Shown piece after piece: positions 57,233-64,000 of a DNA stretch of 64,000 bases. The notes under the pieces were generated by a model that was given only the letters and a program-made list of their open reading frames with translations, was not told the origin of the DNA and did no database searches. The DNA is taken from contig CAVVVH010000008.1 in NCBI GenBank assembly GCA_963751755.1, positions 2,430 to 66,429 of the forward strand. Direction: 5' to 3'. The translations under genes were made by a program, and so were the position numbers. The first letter of the stretch is position 1. Every line of letters starts with the position of its first letter. This DNA is from Candidatus Dormiibacterota bacterium (GTDB lineage Bacteria; Chloroflexota; Dormibacteria; Aeolococcales; Aeolococcaceae).

Positions 57233-57314
57233 GTGTGCAGGACGTCACTCCCTACAGGGCTGAGCGCCTCTACTCACCCACCGCTCGTGGGCGGATCAGC
57301 GAGTGTGCAGGACG
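57233..57314. repeat. 12-bp exact direct repeat GTGTGCAGGACG x2, 70 bp apart, flanking a short hairpin-capable segment
   Basis: Copies at 57233..57244 and 57303..57314, between the lpd start and the RDD gene 3' end. The second copy overlaps the RDD stop region. Confidence 0.35.
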
Positions 57315-57802
57315 AAGCTGCCCGCGATCTTGTCGTGCCAGCCCTGCTTGCGCGCATCGAAACCGGCCCAGATGAGGCCGATGTAGATGGGGATGCTGGC
57401 GATGATCATGCCCACGTATCGGAGGAGTGACCGGCCGATCCCGAGGTTGCCACCCGTCTGCGCGTTGACGACGCGCAGGCCGAGTGCGCGCTGGCCGAGC
57501 GTCCCCCCGACCGCCCACAGGAGGACGTCGTAGAGGACTGGCAGCAACAGGATGACGTAAAACAGGGGCGATATCTGCGCTGGACCGCACGATGGATCGC
57601 CGGCGTTGGTCACACCCGGAGGGCAGAGCACAGTGATCACGCCCGTGGCCTTGATGAGTCCGAACGTGACGGCACCGACGATGATCGAGTCGATGATGTA
57701 CGCGACCAGGCGGATCCAGAACCCGGCGAACCGGGCGCCCTGCGGGGCGGCGTACTGCGGCGCGTACGGCGCAGCGGGGGGCGGCGGCGGTTGCAGGGCC
57801 AT
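57296..57802 (-). CDS. RDD family membrane protein
   Basis: Pro-rich N-terminus, then FWIRLVAYIIDSII...RDD-type TM core. Start taken at the internal ATG. Confidence 0.55.
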   Translation of the reverse strand: MALQPPPPPAAPYAPQYAAPQGARFAGFWIRLVAYIIDSIIVGAVTFGLIKATGVITVLCPPGVTNAGDPSCGPAQISPLFYVILLLPVLYDVLLWAVGGTLGQRALGLRVVNAQTGGNLGIGRSLLRYVGMIIASIPIYIGLIWAGFDARKQGWHDKIAGSFVLHTR

Positions 57803-57839
57803 TCGTGCTCCTTCGGTTCTTCTCGGCTGCCCATCGTCG

Positions 57840-58394
57840 GGCGGGCGCAGGGTAGGGCTTTGGCCTCCCCCAGTGTCAACGCACGTTCGTGCGCGCGTGG
57901 CTGTGCTTGTCCCGCCGCCACCGCAACACACGCGACGTCTGGAATTTGTTTGGCATCAACAGCTCGAAGCACGCGTGCAGCCAGGAGGGCCCCCAGCGCG
58001 ACCACGGTGACGATGATCAGCGACCACAGACCCCAGCCCGGTCCGGCGGGGGCCACCGTGACCAGCGCGATCCCACACGAGAGCAGGATGAGGATCGCGT
58101 ACATGCGGTGGCGGCGAAGGTGTTGTGGCTGAGGAGCGCGATTCGTTGCAACCGCGTGCTCACCGTCATGCCGGGATTTTTCTCGAGCTCGGTGGCACGG
58201 TGAACGGCCTCGCGCAGCAGCACCCACCAGTACCTGTCCATCAGGAACAGGACCAGCACCAGCACCGTCACCACCGACGACGCGGCGGCGCGATCGGCCA
58301 CCGGGTTGGCGGTGGTGATCAGCGCGCTCGCCGTGAGCAGCAGGGTCACCAGGCTGAAGCCGTACTTGCGGATGTCGGCGAGGACGCTGTCCAT
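57840..58394 (-). CDS. hypothetical membrane protein, frameshifted
   Basis: Hydrophobic segments in two frames (LVTLLLTASALITTANPV...; MYAILILLSCGIALVTVAPAGPGWGLWSLIIVTVVALGALLAAR). No family. Confidence 0.3.
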
Positions 58395-58587
58395 GCGGCC
58401 GATCGTGGTTCCGGCACTCGGCCCACTCGTCCTTGGTGTAATCCGGCGGCTCGCTGGCCACGATGTCCGCCCCAGCGTCGTCACCCGGTCATGGTATGCG
58501 TGTCAGCCTCCCAGCGCCGGCTGCGCCGCCTGCTGCTGGGCGTCGCCCCTATGGCGTGATTGTCTGGAGTCGGTGAGGCCGGGCGAT

Positions 58588-60861
58588 CTATGCATATCGC
58601 TCAGCCAACCCAACGTTCCGACCCGTGTAGTACCCGATCTCCATGTATCCGACCGCTGCGCATGTGGTCGAAGTGGCACATGACACAGCGTTCAGGAAGT
58701 TCTGCGCGCCGCCGCTCAGGTTGGGGGTGGGCTGGACGGACCAACGAGTCCCGTTCCAAGTCTCCGCGAGGGTCAAGTCTGCATCCGCACTCGTATTGTG
58801 GTAGAAGCCAACCGCAGTGCAAGCGTTCGCGGCCGTGCACGATTCGCCGGTGAGCTCGCTCGTTGGCCCGGGGCTGGGAGTTGACTGGATCGTCCACGAC
58901 GTGCCGTCCCAGAATTCCGCCAACGTGGCGTCTGTCACCACGTCGTTGAGGTAGTGACCCACGGCGGTGCACGCGGTGGAGGTTGTGCAGACGAGGCCCG
59001 GCAGCATGGTGTGCTTCGCCCCAGGGGGGTTGGGCATTGGCTGCATGACCCACCCGGATCCCTGCCAGCGTTCGGCCATGGCGTAGGTACCGTTGACGGT
59101 GGTGTAGTCCCCCACGGCGGTGCAGTTGGTAGGCGATACACAGGACACGGCCGTGAGGATGGCGGCGTTCGCCCCAGCCGGTCGCGTCGTGGGCTGGACC
59201 GACCACGTGACGCCGTTCCAGTGCTCGGCCAGTGGCATCGTGACCCCGCTGCTGTAGTAAGAGCCGACGGCAGTGCAGCTGACAGCGCTGGCACACGACA
59301 CGCTGGTCAGGCCGGCGCCCGACGCGCCCGAGGCGCTCGGGGCAGGCATCAGGGACCACTGAGATCCGTCCCACTTCTCGACCAATGGCACCCCGACTTG
59401 GGAGCTGCTCAAGTAATTGCCGACGGCCATGCACTGCGTGCCGACACATGCCACACCGTAGAAGTACGTCTGCGACGCTCCTGCCGGAATCGCCGGCGAC
59501 CGGAACGTCCAGCGGCTTCCGTCCCAAGCCTCGGTCAACATCTGCCTGACCGAATAATCGTCCGTATACCAGCCGACGGCTATGCAGGACGACGTCACCA
59601 CGCACGAGACGCCGGTCAGCTGCGTGACCGCTGTTCCCGCCGCCTGCGGGACATCCTGCAGCCCCCAGCCCGTCCCGTTCCACCTCTCTGCCACGCCGGC
59701 GTATGTGACGGGATAGTCGAAGCCGACGAGCGTGCAGGCGGACGATGCGGAACAGGAGACGTCTGTCGCGCTGCCCCCGGACGGGTACAGCCGTGGGGTG
59801 GCGTCGATGGTCCAGGCGTGGCCTTCCCAACGCGCCGCGAACACCTCCGTGGAGTAACCGTTTTGAGCCCACCCGGCCGCTGTACAGCTTGACCGCGACG
59901 CGCACGACACCCCGTTCAAGCTGCTGGACTTTCCGGGTGCGGGGTTGGGTGTCGCCTGACTCTTCCAGCTGATCCCGTCCCAAGTTTCACTCATCGCGGT
60001 CCCGAGGCCGGCGGCATCTGTCGAGTACCCCACCGCCATGCACGAGCCGATGGCGGCGCACGACACGCCCGCCAGGAGGCCGCCTTTCGCACCGGAGGGG
60101 AGCGGCGCGAGATCAACTGCCCAGCTCGTGCCGTCCCAGCGCTCCACGAGAGGCTGAGTGGATTGGTAGTTGTCACCGTAGCTGCCAACCGCCACGCAGT
60201 TTGTGGCTGCGGCGCAGGAGATGCTCGACAGGGACGTGGTAACCGCGCCGGGCGGGATGGGAGGAGCCGCGCTCGACCACGCGGTGCCGTTCCATTGTTC
60301 GACGAGCAGCCGGTATCCGCTGTCCAAGGTGGTCTTCCCGACCGCCATGCACGCCGTGGAGGCGCCGCACGAGACTGCGCTGAGGATGTTGAAGGATGGG
60401 TTTGGGTTGACGGTGGGCTGGACTGACCATCGGGTGCCGTTCCAGGTCTCTGCCAATGTGCGATACCCCGCGTAGCCCGGACTGTTGACCTGGTAGTCGC
60501 CTACGGCTGTACATGCGGTCGAAGAGGTGCAGGACACGCCGTTCAGAACGCTCTGAGAAGCGCCGTATGAGGTGGGGCCGGGTGTGGGCTGGATGGTCCA
60601 CCGGGAACCGTCCCACGCCTCCGCCAGTGTCCGATCGTCGGCGGGCGGACTCAATGAAGAGTGAAAGTTTCCGTAGTAGCCGACCGCCGTGCATGTGGCT
60701 GGACCCACGCAGGACACACCATTCAGGGACCATTCCGTGCGGACAGTCGGATTGGGGTTGTTCACCATCGACCACGCCGGTCCATTGGCGGAAAGGACGT
60801 CGGCGGGCCACGCAGCCATGACCACTGCCGCCATGCCGATGATCGCCAAGCTTCTCGTCAT
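58588..60861 (-). CDS. secreted 14-blade Kelch-like beta-propeller repeat protein with two conserved Cys per blade (unknown function)
   Basis: Intact 757 aa. Signal peptide MTRSLAIIGMAAVVMAAWPADVLSA. 14 tandem ~50-aa repeats, consensus L-x-G-V-S-C-x3-[ST]-x-C-[TM]-A-V-G-x-Y-x(6-10)-L-A-E-x-W-[DN]-G-[TS]-x-W-x3-P-x-P. Confidence 0.6.
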   Translation of the reverse strand: MTRSLAIIGMAAVVMAAWPADVLSANGPAWSMVNNPNPTVRTEWSLNGVSCVGPATCTAVGYYGNFHSSLSPPADDRTLAEAWDGSRWTIQPTPGPTSYGASQSVLNGVSCTSSTACTAVGDYQVNSPGYAGYRTLAETWNGTRWSVQPTVNPNPSFNILSAVSCGASTACMAVGKTTLDSGYRLLVEQWNGTAWSSAAPPIPPGAVTTSLSSISCAAATNCVAVGSYGDNYQSTQPLVERWDGTSWAVDLAPLPSGAKGGLLAGVSCAAIGSCMAVGYSTDAAGLGTAMSETWDGISWKSQATPNPAPGKSSSLNGVSCASRSSCTAAGWAQNGYSTEVFAARWEGHAWTIDATPRLYPSGGSATDVSCSASSACTLVGFDYPVTYAGVAERWNGTGWGLQDVPQAAGTAVTQLTGVSCVVTSSCIAVGWYTDDYSVRQMLTEAWDGSRWTFRSPAIPAGASQTYFYGVACVGTQCMAVGNYLSSSQVGVPLVEKWDGSQWSLMPAPSASGASGAGLTSVSCASAVSCTAVGSYYSSGVTMPLAEHWNGVTWSVQPTTRPAGANAAILTAVSCVSPTNCTAVGDYTTVNGTYAMAERWQGSGWVMQPMPNPPGAKHTMLPGLVCTTSTACTAVGHYLNDVVTDATLAEFWDGTSWTIQSTPSPGPTSELTGESCTAANACTAVGFYHNTSADADLTLAETWNGTRWSVQPTPNLSGGAQNFLNAVSCATSTTCAAVGYMEIGYYTGRNVGLAERYA
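58620..60740 (-). repeat. tandem ~150-nt coding repeat array (14 units) inside the propeller gene
   Basis: Protein-level periodicity is seen directly. The nucleotide units are divergent (no long identical stretches noticed). Confidence 0.5.
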
Positions 60862-60991
60862 GGTCCCCCGTGGGCGAACTCGCCTTCCCTCGACCGCGAC
60901 AGCTTACGCGCCCGCACCTCAACCGTCTGTGGTGACTGAGCCTGTCCGCCCATTTGGCCTGTGGACTGTTCTCGGCGATGACCTATGCGGG

Positions 60992-62340
60992 TCAGCCGCC
61001 GAGCGCCGCCAGCGCAGCCTGCACCTGGGCGTCGGCGCTGGCCGGCGCCGACTGGGCGTCGAGCTGGAAGCGGGAGTCCGGGTTGGCCAGCGACACCGGG
61101 CGGTCCGGGGTGATCCCGCTGCCCTCGATGCTCTCGCCGTTGGGCCCGTACCAGCGCTCCACCGTGAGGTGGAGGTCGGCACCGTCGGGAAGTGGGAAGT
61201 CCACCTGCACGGATCCCTTGCCGAACGTCCGGTCGCCGACGACTGTCGCACGGTGATAGTCGCGCAGCGCAGCCGCGGTGATCTCGGCGGCGCTCGCGGA
61301 GTCTCCGTCGACGAGGACGGCCATCGGCTGCGTCAGTGCGACACCCCCCGGCTGGATGGCGTCGTTCGAAACCTCCTGCGCGCTGCTGAGGTTGCCATCG
61401 GCGGTGAGCCGCCCGCGGCGGATCACCACGTACTTGTGGGTTGACGTCGGCGCCACGAACTCGCTGACCAGCGACTGCGCCGCGCTGACGTAGCCGCCGC
61501 CGTTCTGTCGCAGGTCGAGGATGATCGATGTCGCCCCGGCCGCGAGACCCTGCTGCAACTGGGTCCGCGCCAGCGCGCCCGTGTCGGTGTCGAATCCGGT
61601 CACCTGGATGAAGAGCACGTGCCCGATGGTCCGTGAGTAGACGGAGGGGATCTGAAGGTTGGCGCGCACCGCGGTGAGCGTCAGCTGCGAGCTGCCTCGC
61701 TTCACTGTGAGCGAGACCGTGCTGCTCACCGCTCCGCGCACCAGTGTGGCCGCCTTGTCGATGCGAGTGGTCTCATCGCTGCCCAGGGAGGCGAGCGTGG
61801 TGCCGTCAACGGCGATGAGCTCGTCGCCTCGGTGGATGCCCGCGCGGTCGGCGGGCTGATTGACCAGGACGTTCTCGATGATGGCCCGGTCGGGGGTCTG
61901 CCCCGCGGCGCACACCGCGCCGCCGGCGCACCGCGCTTCGACAGCGATGCCGATGCTGCCATCCCGCCTCCCCCCGAGGGTGGAGTTCAGCTCCTGGTAC
62001 TGCGCCGCGGAGAGGTACGCGGAGAACCTGTCGTTGTACTTGTCATGGAGGACCTGCACCATGCCCTGCTCGGCGCCCTGCGTGCCCTGCGTCTGCGGCA
62101 GGTTGCGGATCACGTAGTTCTGCTGGATCGCCTGCCACTCAGCCGCGATGCTGGTCTGGTCGATGGGCGGGCCGCCGAGGTGGGGAAAGATGCGGTTGAC
62201 GAATCCCGCCCACGATGAGGTGGACAGGTTCACCACCAGCAGCGCCGTGAGGTAGCAGGCGGCAACGACGCCGAGCGTGCGCAGCACGGCGCCCGAGGGA
62301 CGGGGAATCCGCCGGCGTGCGGGCGCGGTCCCGGGCGACC
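60992..62340 (-). CDS. ctpA: C-terminal processing peptidase (S41, CtpA-like) with PDZ domain
   Basis: PDZ segment (GDELIAVDGTTLASL); S41 core (ILDLRQNGGGYV; VLVDGDSASAAEITAAALRDYHRATVVGDRTFGKGSVQ). The 5' end is uncertain, since the ORF-track N-terminus is Arg-rich junk. Confidence 0.65.
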
Positions 62341-62385
62341 ATCCCACCGCTGCGTCAGGCTCGTTCCCGGCGCCCGGCGGTCCGT

Positions 62386-63642
62386 TCACGACAGGTATGC
62401 GAACGGGTTCTTGGGAATCTTGTTGAGGTCGATCTCGAAGTGCAGGTGAGGTCCACTGCTGTTGCCGCTGCTGCCCTCGTAGCCGATCAGCTGGCCACGC
62501 TGTACAGCCTGGCCATTGCGCAGCCCGGGAGCGTAGCTCGAGAGGTGTCCGTACACGCTGTCCCACCCGTTGCCGTGATAGATGATGAGGTGCGTCCCGT
62601 AGCCGTACGGATCGTACGGCTCGAAGTTGAGAATGCCGCTGTCGGCTGCGTGCACCGGGGTGCCGTACGGAGCAGCGATGTCGATGCCCCAATGGAAGTG
62701 GCCGCTCCGGCAGGGTGGATAGCCGGGTGGCGGGCCGGGCTCGTAGGGGTAATCGGTGCATCCGAAGCCCTGGCTGATCGGGCCCGTCTCCGGCCACGCG
62801 AACTGGCCGTTGCCACCCCCCGCGGCAAGGGCCGCGGCCTCCTCCGCCCACAGCTGGACGATCTGCGCGTGCAGCGCGGCGGTGGACGCCACCGCCTGTG
62901 CGATGAGCTGCTGGTCGCGGGCCTGCAGCGCCTTCTCCTGCACGACCGCCTGCTGCTGAGCCGCGAGCGCGTCCGACAGCTGGGCACGCGTTCCCTGCAG
63001 GGTGGCCAGCAGCTGCGTCTTCTGTGACTTCTCGGTGGCGATCTGCGCCACCTCGCTCTGCATGCTCGCCTGCTCCGCGGTCACGTTGACGATCAACTGC
63101 TGCTCGCTCGTCCGCAGGCGGTTGACATCGAGAACGTGCTGCCAGAGGCTGTTGAAGTCCCCGGAGTTGAGGAAGTTGCTGAAGTCGTTGGAGGCGTTCT
63201 GCGACTTGTACAGCACCACCAGCTCCAGGGTGAGCTGGTGCTGATCCGACTGCAGACGGATCCTCGTTTCCACCAGGTTGGTCTGTGCGATGGACAGGCG
63301 CATCTCGACATCAGCCACCTGGTGCTGGGCATCGGTGATCTGGGCGCGGATCACGGTGATCTGGGCGTCGAGCGCGGCGATGGTGCGCTGCAGGTCCGCC
63401 TCCGTGTTCGCCGACGCGGCGAGCTGTGCTCGAAGCTGTGCGATGCGAGCCGTGTCCGCGGCGAGAGTGTGGCCGGCCGCGGCGATCTTGTCGGTGATGG
63501 CGTCGGCGGTGACGTGGCGCTGGTCGGGGCCGAGCGCGCTCACCGCCATGATCGCCGCTCCCACCACCACTGCCGCGGCGACGCGGGTCAGCCGCGTGTA
63601 GCGATGGTGGTCGCCCGCGGGCGCGCTGCGGAGGGGTCGCAT
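62386..63642 (-). CDS. M23 family metallopeptidase with long N-terminal coiled-coil (EnvC/RipC-like)
   Basis: Intact 418 aa. Coiled-coil heptads (AQLRAQLAASANTEADLQRTIAALDAQITVIRAQITDAQHQ...). C-terminal M23 core HWGIDIAAPYGTPVHAA...GSSGNSSGPHLHFEI. Confidence 0.7.
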   Translation of the reverse strand: MRPLRSAPAGDHHRYTRLTRVAAAVVVGAAIMAVSALGPDQRHVTADAITDKIAAAGHTLAADTARIAQLRAQLAASANTEADLQRTIAALDAQITVIRAQITDAQHQVADVEMRLSIAQTNLVETRIRLQSDQHQLTLELVVLYKSQNASNDFSNFLNSGDFNSLWQHVLDVNRLRTSEQQLIVNVTAEQASMQSEVAQIATEKSQKTQLLATLQGTRAQLSDALAAQQQAVVQEKALQARDQQLIAQAVASTAALHAQIVQLWAEEAAALAAGGGNGQFAWPETGPISQGFGCTDYPYEPGPPPGYPPCRSGHFHWGIDIAAPYGTPVHAADSGILNFEPYDPYGYGTHLIIYHGNGWDSVYGHLSSYAPGLRNGQAVQRGQLIGYEGSSGNSSGPHLHFEIDLNKIPKNPFAYLS

Positions 63643-63666
63643 CGCTGGGTCATCGCTCTCGCGCCG

Positions 63667-64000
63667 TCAGGCGGCGAGGAAGCGACGCACTCCCAGATAG
63701 CTGCCGATGGCTCCGATGATCGCGCCGCCGACGAACAGCCCCGCCACCACGATGATGGTGAAGACGCCGTCGAAGGGGATCGCGAAGAGCGCCCCGGAGG
63801 TGAGCGACACCACCAGGCGGTAGACGCCGAGCACGACGAGGCCGGCGAGGATCGCCCCGAGAACGCCGCCGAAGATGCCCTCGAGGAGGAACGGCCAGCG
63901 CACGAACCAGTCCGTGGCGCCCACCAGCTTCATGATCTCGATCTCCGTGCGGCGCGCGTACACTGCCGTGCGGATGGTGTTCATGATGATCACCAGGCTC
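63667..64000 (-). CDS. ftsX: cell-division ABC transporter permease FtsX, 3'-partial (continues beyond window end)
   Basis: C-terminal FtsX TM region EIEIMKLVGATDWFVRWPFLLEGIFGGVLGAILAG. The gene body lies past nt 64000. Confidence 0.7.
   Translation of the reverse strand, partial: SLVIIMNTIRTAVYARRTEIEIMKLVGATDWFVRWPFLLEGIFGGVLGAILAGLVVLGVYRLVVSLTSGALFAIPFDGVFTIIVVAGLFVGGAIIGAIGSYLGVRRFLAA

Overview
High-GC (about 70%) actinobacterial-type chromosomal window, densely coding on both strands, with no transposase, integrase, phage gene or CRISPR array visible. From start to end it holds: (1) a 5'-partial Vgb-like beta-propeller repeat protein, a lipoprotein esterase, a RibD_C-like reductase, a TlpA-like thioredoxin and a secreted protein; (2) a TetR regulator with two paralogous small membrane proteins; (3) a VIT transporter, a GAF-EAL phosphodiesterase, YihY, a GNAT and an isocitrate/isopropylmalate dehydrogenase; (4) a GntR regulator divergent from a livKHMGF-type branched-chain amino-acid ABC operon; (5) a FAH hydratase, RraA-like aldolase, TauE exporter and amidase module; (6) an HhH-GPD DNA glycosylase; (7) a predicted cell-envelope glycan assembly locus (formyltransferase, response regulator, Ppm1-like GT2, two PMT_2/ArnT-like GT-C proteins and one GT87/DUF2029 protein); (8) tRNA-Phe, dtd, tRNA-Val, rpiA, lipB-lipA and pruA; (9) a predicted chito-/gluco-oligosaccharide utilisation locus (GH9, LmbE deacetylase, SIS isomerase, BadF and ROK kinases, GH4 glycosidase, a 5-gene Dpp/Opp-type ABC transporter and a ROK regulator); (10) a branched-chain 2-oxoacid dehydrogenase operon (lpd-E1alpha-E1beta-E2); (11) an intact 757-aa secreted protein made of 14 tandem ~50-aa Cys-containing Kelch-like blades, next to ctpA, an M23 peptidase and the start of ftsX. 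About half of the genes, including housekeeping genes (lipA, rpiA, dtd, pruA, E1/E2), carry one or more single-nucleotide frameshifts in this sequence. These are most plausibly uncorrected indel errors, so exact boundaries are approximate and the six-frame ORF track contains many chimeric or antisense artefacts.
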